From: Acidimicrobiia bacterium
GTDB lineage: Bacteria > Actinomycetota > Acidimicrobiia > Acidimicrobiales > JANYDT01
DNA length: 64,000 bases
Direction: 5' to 3'
NCBI GenBank assembly: GCA_031385545.1
Contig: JANNBN010000057.1
Span: 3,055 to 67,054 of the forward strand
Positions within the stretch are counted from its first letter, which is position 1; every line of letters starts with the position of its first letter. Below the pieces are notes generated by a model, which saw only the letters and a program-made list of their open reading frames with translations, was not told the origin of the DNA and made no database searches. Shown here in pieces: positions 1 to 8,143 of the stretch. The position numbers and the translations under genes were made by a program.

Positions 1-374
1 CGCCGCCACGCCTGGCGCTGCTTAGGCCACGGGTCGGAGAACCATATGTGTACTTCTGATAGCGATGCCGGCCGACACATCCAAAGCAACACCTCGTGTG
101 CGTCTGCCGCGATGATCCGGACGTTGGTGATACTCCCCGCCTCAAGGGCGTCGGCCAACACAGCGTGGCCCGCGACGTGAACGTCGATGGCAAGGATGTT
201 CGAATCGGGCCGGGCTGCCGCGAGCGCAAGCGTGCTCTCGCCCATACCGAACCCGATATCGGCGAGCAGGGGAGCGCGCCGACCGAAGACGGCATCGAAG
301 TCGATGCTCGGTTCTGGCGCGATCAAATACTTGGGAAGCGTCTCGGCCAGGGCGCGGTACTTCGTGGGTGACAT
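1..374 (-). CDS. trmB: tRNA (guanine-N7)-methyltransferase TrmB, partial (3' end runs off the window)
   Basis: My minus-strand translation from ATG (complement of 372-374) gives MSPTKYRALAETLPKYLIAPEPSIDFDAVFGRRAPLLADIGFGMGESTLALAAARPDSNILAIDVHVAGH...EVHIWFSDPWPKQRQAW. It has the SAM-binding DIGFGMGE motif and the TrmB-typical FxDPWPK motif. It is absent from the ORF track because it is truncated by the window edge. Confidence 0.8.
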   Translation of the reverse strand, partial: MSPTKYRALAETLPKYLIAPEPSIDFDAVFGRRAPLLADIGFGMGESTLALAAARPDSNILAIDVHVAGHAVLADALEAGSITNVRIIAADAHEVLLWMCRPASLSEVHIWFSDPWPKQRQAWR

Positions 375-520
375 GCGCCCGGTGCGGGGGATGAAGGAGC
401 GCGCGGCCCGGCCAGTGCTCGGGCGGGACCGAGCGGTGAACGGAAAGCCTTGCGTCTCGTCTCGGTCGCTCTGCGTGAGGTCACCTCCACCGGACATGGT
501 TCGAGAGTACCGTCAAGGCG

Positions 521-1411
521 GTGAAGGTCCATCTCCTCGACGGCACCTATGAGTTGTTCCGTCACCATTTCGCAGTTCCGCCGAGAAGCACTGCCGACGG
601 CAGAGAGGTTGGAGCAATCCGCGGGGTTCTCGAATCGGTGATGAACCTGTTGGCCGATGGGGTGACTCACATTGCCGTCGCCACCGACCATGTCATTGAA
701 AGCTTCCGCAACGACCTGTGGGCCGGGTACAAAACCGGCGACGGAATCGACCCCGTCCTGTTCAGCCAGTTCCATCCACTCGAAGATGCGTTGCGAGCGC
801 TTGGCGTGGTGGTGTGGGCCATGGAGGAGTACGAGGCCGACGACGCCCTTGCCGCCGGAGCGTTCATCGCCTCTCAGGACGACCGTGTCGAGCAGGTGTT
901 GATCCTCACCCCGGACAAGGATTTGGGTCAGTGCGTGGTTGGCCGACGGGTCGTGCAGTACGACCGCCGCAAGCGCGCACTGATCGATCACGACGGTGTG
1001 GTCGAGAAGTTTGGCGTGCCGCCCGAATCGATCCCGGACTACCTCGCTCTGGTCGGCGATGCGGCTGATGGCTTTCCGGGGCTGCCGGGCTGGGGTGCGA
1101 AAACGGCGGCTGCGGTTCTCGCCCGCTATGGCCACCTCGAAGCGATCCCTGCGCTCGCCGCGGCCTGGGAGGTACCGGGCTTGCGTGGCGCTCCGAAGCT
1201 TGCGGCGACGCTGGCCGACCATCGCGATGAGGCGATGCTGTTCCGCCTGATCGCCACCACGCGCAACGACGCCATTGAGCTACCTGGTGGCGTCGATTCC
1301 CTCCGTTGGACGGGCCCAACCCCAGCGTTCGACGCTGTCTGTGAGTCACTCGAATCCACCACCATGGCCCAACGCGCAAAGAACCTGTGGAAGGCCCGCA
1401 ACGGGTCCTGA
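521..1411 (+). CDS. 5'-3' exonuclease (FEN / Pol I N-terminal domain family)
   Basis: 296-aa ORF. N-terminal LLDGTYELFRHHF, acidic clusters (ATDH, EADD), and H3TH-like DYLALVGDAADGFPGLPGWGAKTAAAVL typical of 5'-3' exonucleases. Confidence 0.85.
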   Translation: MKVHLLDGTYELFRHHFAVPPRSTADGREVGAIRGVLESVMNLLADGVTHIAVATDHVIESFRNDLWAGYKTGDGIDPVLFSQFHPLEDALRALGVVVWAMEEYEADDALAAGAFIASQDDRVEQVLILTPDKDLGQCVVGRRVVQYDRRKRALIDHDGVVEKFGVPPESIPDYLALVGDAADGFPGLPGWGAKTAAAVLARYGHLEAIPALAAAWEVPGLRGAPKLAATLADHRDEAMLFRLIATTRNDAIELPGGVDSLRWTGPTPAFDAVCESLESTTMAQRAKNLWKARNGS

Positions 1412-1485
1412 TTCGTCGGCGGAACTCCGTTCGGCACCCCGGGACTCCTCAAGTAGGAAATGGGACTGGTACGATGTATTGCACC

Positions 1486-1794
1486 ATGATCACCATCACG
1501 GCCTCCGAGGCTCGCAAGAATCTGTTTCCCTTGATCAAGCAGGTCAATGACGATCAAGCGGCAATCCACATTTCGTCGCGTGGCGGCACCGCTGTGTTGG
1601 TGTCCGAGGCCGAGTGGAACAGCGTGCAGGAGACGAACTACCTGTTGCGTAATCCCGTCAACGCGCGTCGCCTGATGGAATCGTTGGAACGAGTTCGCCA
1701 CGGCGAAGTCGAGCATCACGAACTCGTCGAGTTTGAGGGCGAGGGCGCTGCTGAGACAGCACTCGACGATGTCTGCGGGGGCGACGCTTTGTAA
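1486..1794 (+). CDS. yefM: Phd/YefM-family antitoxin
   Basis: MITITASEARKNLFPLIKQVNDDQAAIHISSRGGTAVLVSEAEWNSVQETNYLLRNP is a classic YefM sequence. The start was taken at an internal ATG of ORF 1387-1794 (alternative ATG at 1474). The stop overlaps the yoeB start (TAATG). Confidence 0.9.
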   Translation: MITITASEARKNLFPLIKQVNDDQAAIHISSRGGTAVLVSEAEWNSVQETNYLLRNPVNARRLMESLERVRHGEVEHHELVEFEGEGAAETALDDVCGGDAL

Positions 1795-2054
1795 TGCGGC
1801 TGGTCTTTGACCAGAGCGCGTGGGCCGACTACACGTATTGGGTAGCCGAAGATCGGGCGATGGTGAAGCGGATCAACCGTCTGCTCGCAGACATGATGCG
1901 GAGTCCGTTCGAGGGAATTGGGAAACCTGAACGCCTCAGCCAAAACCTCTCGGGGGCGTGGTCGCGGCGAATTGATGAGGAGCATCGGCTGGTGTACGTC
2001 GTCGACGGGAGCGATCTCGTCATCGTCCAAGCCCGCTACCACTACGAACCGTAG
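1794..2054 (+). CDS. yoeB: YoeB/Txe-family toxin (mRNA interferase)
   Basis: 86 aa. WADYTYWVAEDRAMVKRINRLLADMMRSPFEGIGKPERL...WSRRIDEEHRLVY...ARYHY is the YoeB hallmark. Confidence 0.9.
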   Translation: MRLVFDQSAWADYTYWVAEDRAMVKRINRLLADMMRSPFEGIGKPERLSQNLSGAWSRRIDEEHRLVYVVDGSDLVIVQARYHYEP

Positions 2055-2125
2055 AGCCCACCTGCTGACCAGTGGGGTCCCCCGCCGAGCCTTTGACCGT
2101 TTCGATGGTTGGCTCACCATCGGGT

Positions 2126-3412
2126 TCAACTCAAATCCCTCCGTTCACCGCTAGGGTTGATCCGGTTGGGGGGAGTGCTGTGCCACAGCCCATCGATCGG
2201 CACGGCGACGAGGCGATCGCCCATCGAGAAGATCCGAGAGCCGGTATAGAGCAGGACGCCGAGATGGAACTGATCGCCGGCGGCATCGCGGAGATGGCGG
2301 AGGTGGCGGAGGTCGTCGCCAGACACTGTGCTCGACGCCTTGACCTCGACCGCGACGACTCGACCATCTGGGTGCTCCAAGACTGCGTCGACCTCTTGTC
2401 CATCTTTGGTCCGGTAGTGGTATGCCCGGGCGAACGTGTCGGACCACGCGAGTTGGCGCAGGAGCTCCGCAATGACAAAACTCTCCAGCAGCGACCCGGC
2501 CCGTGTGGGATCTCGATCGGCGCGTTGACGCGTGATTCCAGCGAGATGCGCGCAGAGACCGGAGTCGACGAACACCAACTTGCGCCCACGCGTTGCCCGC
2601 TTGGTGGCCGAGTTCGTCCAGGCCGCAATCCGCTTCACGAGGAATACTTCCTCGAACAGCGCGACGTAGCGCTCCACGGTGTTCTTCGAGATCCCAAGTC
2701 CGTTCGACAGCCCACCGATGGAGATCGGACTTGCCGTGCGATCGGCCAGCACTGAGATCAGGCGCATCAACTCGTCGCGGCGTTGGATCTCGCCAAGTTG
2801 GGTGACGTCGCGATCGATGAGGTCGCGCACGTACGACTCGAAGAACCTCGACCGACGCGCTTCGACGCGGTCGATAGCATCAGGGAACCCACCCCGAATC
2901 GCCCGCTTCAGGTAGTCCGAACGGTCGAGCGACGCCCCCGTGGTGAATTGCGGCTCCAGCTCGAAGGCGGCGTCGACGAATCGATCCGGCGCGCCGTCTA
3001 TCTCGCCCTGGGAGAAAGGCCACATCTCGACCGTCTCGGACCGACCGACGAGCGCGTCGGGCAGAGCGCGCAGCCCGAGCAGACGAGCGGAGCCGGTGAG
3101 GAGAAATTGGCCGGGCCGATTGTCCTCGTCGACGCGTGCCTTGATCGGGAGGATCAAATCCGGGGCGCGTTGGATCTCGTCGATCACCAGCAGGCCCTCG
3201 TGGGCGACGAACGCTTCCGGGTCGAATCGAGCAGCGGCGAGGTCGTTGGGCCGATCGAGGCGACGCTCCGCTGTATCCACTCTGTCTCGCACCAGGTGGT
3301 GGACGGCCGTGCTCTTCCCGGCCTGCCGGGCTCCGCTGATGATCACGACCCGTGTGTCGGTGAGTGCTGCGCCGATGAGTCGTTCGAGATGGCGCTTTCG
3401 GTACGCGGTCAC
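2126..3412 (-). CDS. AAA-type ATPase with DUF4143-like C-terminal region
   Basis: 428 aa. Walker A is ISGARQAGKST and Walker B is LLVIDEIQ. The overall layout is typical of the ATP-binding protein / DUF4143 family. GTG start. Confidence 0.85.
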   Translation of the reverse strand: MTAYRKRHLERLIGAALTDTRVVIISGARQAGKSTAVHHLVRDRVDTAERRLDRPNDLAAARFDPEAFVAHEGLLVIDEIQRAPDLILPIKARVDEDNRPGQFLLTGSARLLGLRALPDALVGRSETVEMWPFSQGEIDGAPDRFVDAAFELEPQFTTGASLDRSDYLKRAIRGGFPDAIDRVEARRSRFFESYVRDLIDRDVTQLGEIQRRDELMRLISVLADRTASPISIGGLSNGLGISKNTVERYVALFEEVFLVKRIAAWTNSATKRATRGRKLVFVDSGLCAHLAGITRQRADRDPTRAGSLLESFVIAELLRQLAWSDTFARAYHYRTKDGQEVDAVLEHPDGRVVAVEVKASSTVSGDDLRHLRHLRDAAGDQFHLGVLLYTGSRIFSMGDRLVAVPIDGLWHSTPPNRINPSGERRDLS

Positions 3413-3432
3413 GCCGCACCCTAGCTTGCTGA

Positions 3433-3490
3433 CTGACTAATTGTCAGACTTTGAATGACCATCTGCCAGACATCGCCTGACCATCTGCCA
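3433..3490. promoter_or_regulatory. Operator-like repeats in a divergent promoter region
   Basis: A perfect 13-bp direct repeat TGACCATCTGCCA occurs at 3456-3468 and 3478-3490 (22-bp period). The inverted repeat CTGAC-N5-GTCAG lies at 3433-3447. Both sit between the divergent genes starting at 3412 (-) and 3549/3555 (+). Confidence 0.3.
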
Positions 3491-3554
3491 AAGGCTTGAA
3501 CTGCGTGAACACCGTTCGGGAACTCCCGCTCGTGTTGACTTCGTCTCAGTGTTC

Positions 3555-4358
3555 ATGAAAATCAAGCGCCGCCGTAACCTCTTCCTCGTTGGCCCCTTCC
3601 TGCTGATTCTCACGTCGTGTGCCGAAGAGCAGCCAAGAACGGTGACAGCCGTCGCCGCAACGAACGCCAAAACCAGCCAGGAAAAGACTGTGACCGATCC
3701 AGACCAAACCTCCAGCCCTTCGACGGTTCTCGTTCGCACCATCAACGTGCACGGTGTCGGCCGTGCGTCGGAGACACCGGATCAGGCCACGGTCACGATG
3801 GGCGTCGAGACGAACGCGGCAACGGCGCAGTTGGCGTTGCGGGAGAACAACACCAAGGCAGCGGAGTTGATTGCGTTACTGAAGAGCAGCGGGGTGGAAG
3901 ACCGCTTCATCCAGACCAGCCAGTTGTCGGTGTATCCGCAGTTCGACAACCAGGGCCGCAAGATCGTGGGCTACCAGGTATCCAACATCGTCACTGCCAC
4001 GGTGAAGGACGTGAAGAAGGCAGGAGCTGTCATTGATGCGGCTGCCGGCGTTGCCGGAGACGCGATTCGCATCCAGAGTCTCGGGTTCGGTTTGTCCGAT
4101 TCGTCGGAACCAGTGAAACGCGCTCGGACGAGAGCAGTCGAAGACGCCCGGACGCAGGCTGAGCAACTTGCAACAGCCGCTGGCGTGAAGGTGGGCGCGT
4201 TGCGAACCATCTCGTCGTCTTCGGTGAGCGCACCGCCGATCCTGTACCAACAGAACGTGAGCGCAAAGGTTGCTTCTGCTGATTCGTCGGTGCCGCTGGA
4301 AGCCGGGTCTGCAGAAGTCACCGCAGAGGTTGATTTGGTGTTCGACCTCGTCGGCTGA
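3555..4358 (+). CDS. SIMPL/DUF541-family lipoprotein
   Basis: Signal peptide with lipobox LILTSC. The body (QATVTMGVETNAATAQLALRENNTKAAELIALLKSSGV...QVSNIVTATVKDVKKAGAVIDAA...ARTRAVEDARTQAEQLA) matches the SIMPL / 26-kDa periplasmic immunogenic protein pattern. An alternative GTG start lies at 3549. Confidence 0.8.
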   Translation: MKIKRRRNLFLVGPFLLILTSCAEEQPRTVTAVAATNAKTSQEKTVTDPDQTSSPSTVLVRTINVHGVGRASETPDQATVTMGVETNAATAQLALRENNTKAAELIALLKSSGVEDRFIQTSQLSVYPQFDNQGRKIVGYQVSNIVTATVKDVKKAGAVIDAAAGVAGDAIRIQSLGFGLSDSSEPVKRARTRAVEDARTQAEQLATAAGVKVGALRTISSSSVSAPPILYQQNVSAKVASADSSVPLEAGSAEVTAEVDLVFDLVG

Positions 4359-4397
4359 ATGCCGCGAGGTCCGGTTTTTACACCACCCGCTGAGGGG

Positions 4398-5834
4398 TCA
4401 GGCCGGCTTCGGGTTGTAGCCCAGGATGGCCTTTGATTCGAGGAACTCCAGCAGGCCGTGCTTGCCGAACTCGCGGCCGTTGCCAGACTGCTTGTAGCCA
4501 CCGAACAAGGCGTTGGAGTCTGTTCCCGCGCCGTTGAGGTGCACGTTGCCGGCACGCAGCTTGCGCGCCACTGCACGGGCCCGGTCTGTGTCGTTCGACG
4601 AGACGTATGCAGCGAGGCCGTACACGGTGTCGTTGGCGATCTCGATGGCCTGCTCTTCAGACTCGTAACCGAGGATGGACAGGACCGGGCCAAAGATCTC
4701 TTCACGCGCAATGGTCATGTCGTTGGTGACGTTGGCAAAGACGGTTGGCTGCACGTAGTAACCCGACGTGAGTCCATCAGGGCGGCCGACGCCGCCTGCC
4801 ACGAGCGTGGCACCTTCGTCGATCCCCTTTTGGATGAGCCCCTGGATCTTCTCGAACTGCGCTTTGGATGCGACTGGGCCGATGACCGTGCCCTCGCCGT
4901 TCGGGTCGCCGACCGTGATCTTCGCAGCGGCGGCAGCGGCTGCCTCGATTGCTTCACCCATGCGTCCTGCTGGAACGAGCATGCGGGTTCCGGCGTTGCA
5001 GGACTGGCCAGAGTTGAGGCACAACCGACCAACATCGCGCGCCACCACGGCGGAGAGGTCGACGTCGTCGAGGATGATGTTGGCCGACTTGCCGCCCAAC
5101 TCCTGATGAACACGTTTCACGGTAGGAGCCGCGTTCTTGGCAACTTCCACGCCGGCGCGGGTGGAGCCGGTGAACGACACCATGTCCACGTCCGGGTGCG
5201 ACGACAACGCGACGCCGACAGTTGCACCATCGCCATTGACGAGGTTGAACACGCCAGCCGGCACGCCGGCCTCGTGCATGACCTCGGCAAACACGATGGC
5301 GTTGAGCGGTGCCATCTCCGATGGCTTCAGCACCATGGTGCAGCCGGCTGCGATAGCCGGGGCAACCTTGGCAACGATCTGATTGAGCGGCCAGTTCCAT
5401 GGAGTGATGAACGCGCACACGCCGATCGGCTCGTACTCGATGCGACTGGTTCCCACGTCCTCTGCCCACTCGAACTCGGATAGCGCCTTGCTGGTTGCCA
5501 TGAAATGACCGAGGCCGGCGGGGGCCTGTGCACGTGAGGCGATCATGGCCGGCGCGCCCATCTCTGATGTGACCGCGGTGGCGATGTCGCCCATGCGGGT
5601 CTTGTAGACCTCGGTGATGCGGGTGAGCAGGGCGAGCCGCTCAGCGACCGTTGTCTGGGAGAACGTGGCGAAAGCCGCCTTTGCTGCTGCAACAGCTACG
5701 TCGACGTCTTCAGCGGTCCCCATGGCGATGGTTCCAACCGATTGTTCGGTCGCCGGATTCATCACCTCACGCCGATTCGACGAAAGCGGCTCGACCCATG
5801 CACCGTTGATATAGAACTTCGCTTCGTTTCCCAT
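4398..5834 (-). CDS. NAD(P)-dependent aldehyde dehydrogenase
   Basis: 478 aa. Contains FTGSTRAG, the ELGGKSANII catalytic-Glu motif and the NSGQSCNAGTR catalytic-Cys motif. Confidence 0.9.
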   Translation of the reverse strand: MGNEAKFYINGAWVEPLSSNRREVMNPATEQSVGTIAMGTAEDVDVAVAAAKAAFATFSQTTVAERLALLTRITEVYKTRMGDIATAVTSEMGAPAMIASRAQAPAGLGHFMATSKALSEFEWAEDVGTSRIEYEPIGVCAFITPWNWPLNQIVAKVAPAIAAGCTMVLKPSEMAPLNAIVFAEVMHEAGVPAGVFNLVNGDGATVGVALSSHPDVDMVSFTGSTRAGVEVAKNAAPTVKRVHQELGGKSANIILDDVDLSAVVARDVGRLCLNSGQSCNAGTRMLVPAGRMGEAIEAAAAAAAKITVGDPNGEGTVIGPVASKAQFEKIQGLIQKGIDEGATLVAGGVGRPDGLTSGYYVQPTVFANVTNDMTIAREEIFGPVLSILGYESEEQAIEIANDTVYGLAAYVSSNDTDRARAVARKLRAGNVHLNGAGTDSNALFGGYKQSGNGREFGKHGLLEFLESKAILGYNPKPA

Positions 5835-5908
5835 GCCGACACGCTACGCGTCGGAGCTGACGTTTGGCGAAACTGGCACAGGGCAGGGTGGCGGGGTGAT
5901 CGTGTCCA

Positions 5909-6619
5909 TTGGTAGAGACTTGCCCGGTGAGCGTGCCGGTCAACATCCAATCCCCGTGGATGATCATCGAGGAGCAACACCGGGTCTGGCGGTTCGAACG
6001 GGCGTTTCTGCTGAGCAACTGGCGGTGTGTGTACGGCGAGGGGTGTCGTGGTATCCATCCCTCTCAAGACGCCGATCGACGTGACGGGTGCTGCACCTAT
6101 GGTGCGCACTTCGCGGAGGCAGAAGATTTTGCAAAGGTCGCAGCTTTCGTACCCTCCCTCTCCGCTGAGGTCTGGCAGCACGCATCGCACGGCAAGCGGG
6201 TCGGCTGGTTCAAGAAGCTGCCGGACGGCCGCATCGCAACCCGGACCACCAAGGGTGGGTGTGTGTTCCTGAACCGGCCCGGTTTCAGCGGCGGTGTCGG
6301 ATGCGCCCTGCATCTGGCGGCGGTCCAGCAGGGGCGTCGTCAGGTCGACGTGAAACCCGATGTGTGTTGGGAACTCCCAATCAGAACCGAGGACCACGAC
6401 GGTGCAGACGGGCGCCGAGTCATCACGGTCAGGCGATGGCACAAGCAGGACTTCGGGCCGGAAGGCGCAGACATGCACTGGTGGTGCACGGAACCGGAGA
6501 CCGCAGCTGAAGCGTTTTCCGCATCCCAGCCCGTCTACCGATCGCTTCACCAGGAACTGACGGAGCTGTGCGGCCCGGCGGTGTACGCGGAACTGTGCAC
6601 CCGCCTTGAAGGGACGTAA
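5909..6619 (+). CDS. Conserved hypothetical cysteine-rich protein (possible metal/Fe-S binding)
   Basis: 236-aa ORF with protein-like composition and several Cys clusters (WRCVYGEGCRG, GCCTYGAHF, GGCVFLNRPGFSGGVGCALH). I cannot name the family. The start is uncertain. Confidence 0.6.
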   Translation: MVETCPVSVPVNIQSPWMIIEEQHRVWRFERAFLLSNWRCVYGEGCRGIHPSQDADRRDGCCTYGAHFAEAEDFAKVAAFVPSLSAEVWQHASHGKRVGWFKKLPDGRIATRTTKGGCVFLNRPGFSGGVGCALHLAAVQQGRRQVDVKPDVCWELPIRTEDHDGADGRRVITVRRWHKQDFGPEGADMHWWCTEPETAAEAFSASQPVYRSLHQELTELCGPAVYAELCTRLEGT

Positions 6620-6641
6620 ACCCCCTCCGGCCCAGGGGTTT
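6618..6641 (+). terminator. Hairpin directly after the 5909-6619 stop codon
   Basis: AAACCCC-N10-GGGGTTT, a 7-bp stem overlapping the TAA stop. No strong T-tract follows. Confidence 0.3.
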
Positions 6642-6796
6642 GTGCGGTTCGACTCGCGTCGATGGTGGTCGACGAGGCAACTGCGGCGACGGTCCTGGAG
6701 GGGACTCCATCCGGTAAACCCGACCAATACGCTCCTCTGCGACACGCAACGTCGTTGGTAGGTCGAGATGCACGGCCTTGCTTGTGCCTTGGCCTG

Positions 6797-7105
6797 TTAG
6801 GAAGCGAGGAAGGCTTGAATGGCGTCGCGAGCTATGCTCGACGGTGTCGTGTGATCTCGTTCGGCTCGCTCGGCGAGTTGCTGGCGGGTCTGTTCGTCGA
6901 GACGGACTTGGAGCACCGGGGACACGCCTTCGCCGAGTGAGGGCCGACCGCCCTTGGCTCGTGCTCGGGCAAAGACCGCGTCGAAGTCAGGTTCGGTGTG
7001 TTCAGCCTCATCGGCCATCCGCCCGAAGTCCGCTTCGGTAAGGATCTCGCCGTTTGGCATGGTCACGTCTTCGCTCGTGACTCTGAATTTCATAATCTCT
7101 TTCAT
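6797..7105 (-). CDS. Ribbon-helix-helix (CopG/BrnA-like) antitoxin
   Basis: 102 aa. The C-terminal GRPSLGEGVSPVLQVRLDEQTRQQLAERAERDHTTPSSIARDAIQAFL is an RHH fold signature. It overlaps the upstream small gene by 4 nt. Confidence 0.75.
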   Translation of the reverse strand: MKEIMKFRVTSEDVTMPNGEILTEADFGRMADEAEHTEPDFDAVFARARAKGGRPSLGEGVSPVLQVRLDEQTRQQLAERAERDHTTPSSIARDAIQAFLAS

Positions 7106-7359
7106 TGGTTCTCCTTTCGGTCAAGACGTTGTCGGTAGCCCGTTCGTGCGGGCATGGCGTGAAAGATCGTGAACGTGCCCTGTCGGTAGGTACCGATCAG
7201 TTCGAGCACGTTCCCTGCGGAGTCGGGCCCGAGCACGAGCACCTTCGGCGGGTCCACTTCGAACTCGTCGTCGACAAGTAGCGGGTAGGTGGCGGCGTGA
7301 GCGATCGACTCACTGGTGATGCCGTGCTTCAAGGCCGACGGCCTTATGTCTAACTCCAC
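7102..7359 (-). CDS. Small toxin-like protein (BrnT-like by pattern), upstream partner of the RHH antitoxin
   Basis: 85 aa. ALKHGITSESIAHA near the N-terminus and IFHAMPARTGYRQRL near the C-terminus resemble the BrnT pattern (KHGI...; ...MRPA..E). The toxin-first order matches brnTA. The assignment is by eye only. Confidence 0.55.
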   Translation of the reverse strand: MELDIRPSALKHGITSESIAHAATYPLLVDDEFEVDPPKVLVLGPDSAGNVLELIGTYRQGTFTIFHAMPARTGYRQRLDRKENQ

Positions 7360-7847
7360 TCACCGTACTGTAATACAGAACCGGGCCAGGCACACAACGT
7401 CTTGTTGCAACCCGTCCCGCCATAGCGTGTGACTCATGGGCAACGAGCTGCGCAGCAGCGATGGCGCCCGCAACCAGCCCGAGAACCGCAAGCGGACGCT
7501 CCGGTGTCGAAGCGCTCGCGAGCGCCACATGGGCAGATCTTGAACAGGTTTCGAGAGCAAGGCATGTACTGGCGCCTTCGAAAGCTTCGAAACCGTTCGA
7601 CACACCGATTCGTCATTGCCCATGAGGCTGATCCACCCGAGTCCAGCGAGGTGATCGAACGCGTTTCGCTGGATGATCTGCGCCGGGCCGATCTTGCAGC
7701 GCTGAAATTGACACGAGCGGCGGCGGTTACGTTCACTCCATGGATGATGCTGATCGACGATCCGTCGCAATGGTGACCGGGCTCGCAACCAACGTCGGCA
7801 CGCCACGTTTCGGTCCGTGCGTGGGCGCGCCGATAGCCGGAATTCGC

Positions 7848-8120
7848 TCAGGCCGCCGGTCGAGTGAGTTCTACCGTGAGCGACAATCCAAGTGCCTCAG
7901 CGACTCGTTGGGGTGTCGTGACAGTTGCTCCGACGCCGCCCGCTTCGAGCCCGGCAAACGCGGCTTGGCTGGTGCCCATCCTCAGGGCGAGATCGCGCTG
8001 ACTGAACGACCGTCCCAGGGCGGAAACCAACCGGACAACGGCAACCGCGAAGGGACACCCAAGGTTTCCTGAGACTCGCTGAAAGGGGCCCACCGGCGGC
8101 CTGTTGGGTCGGGGGTTCAC
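7848..8120 (-). CDS. XRE-family helix-turn-helix protein
   Basis: SFSQRDLALRMGTSQAAFAGLEAG...PQRVAEALGLSLTVEL is a Cro/C1-type HTH pattern. The true start may be internal. Confidence 0.6.
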   Translation of the reverse strand: MNPRPNRPPVGPFQRVSGNLGCPFAVAVVRLVSALGRSFSQRDLALRMGTSQAAFAGLEAGGVGATVTTPQRVAEALGLSLTVELTRPAA

Positions 8121-8143
8121 GACCCCGGTAGCCTGAGCTTCTT

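Noticed and set aside
323-1222. 299-aa minus-strand ORF
   Set aside because: It is antisense to the well-supported 5'-3' exonuclease gene. It is Arg/Pro/Gly-rich, which is typical of an off-frame ORF in high-GC DNA. The real minus-strand gene here is trmB (1-374) in another frame.
5762-6745. 327-aa minus-strand ORF
   Set aside because: It is antisense to the Cys-rich protein gene 5909-6619 and overlaps the aldehyde dehydrogenase start. Its composition is off-frame-like.
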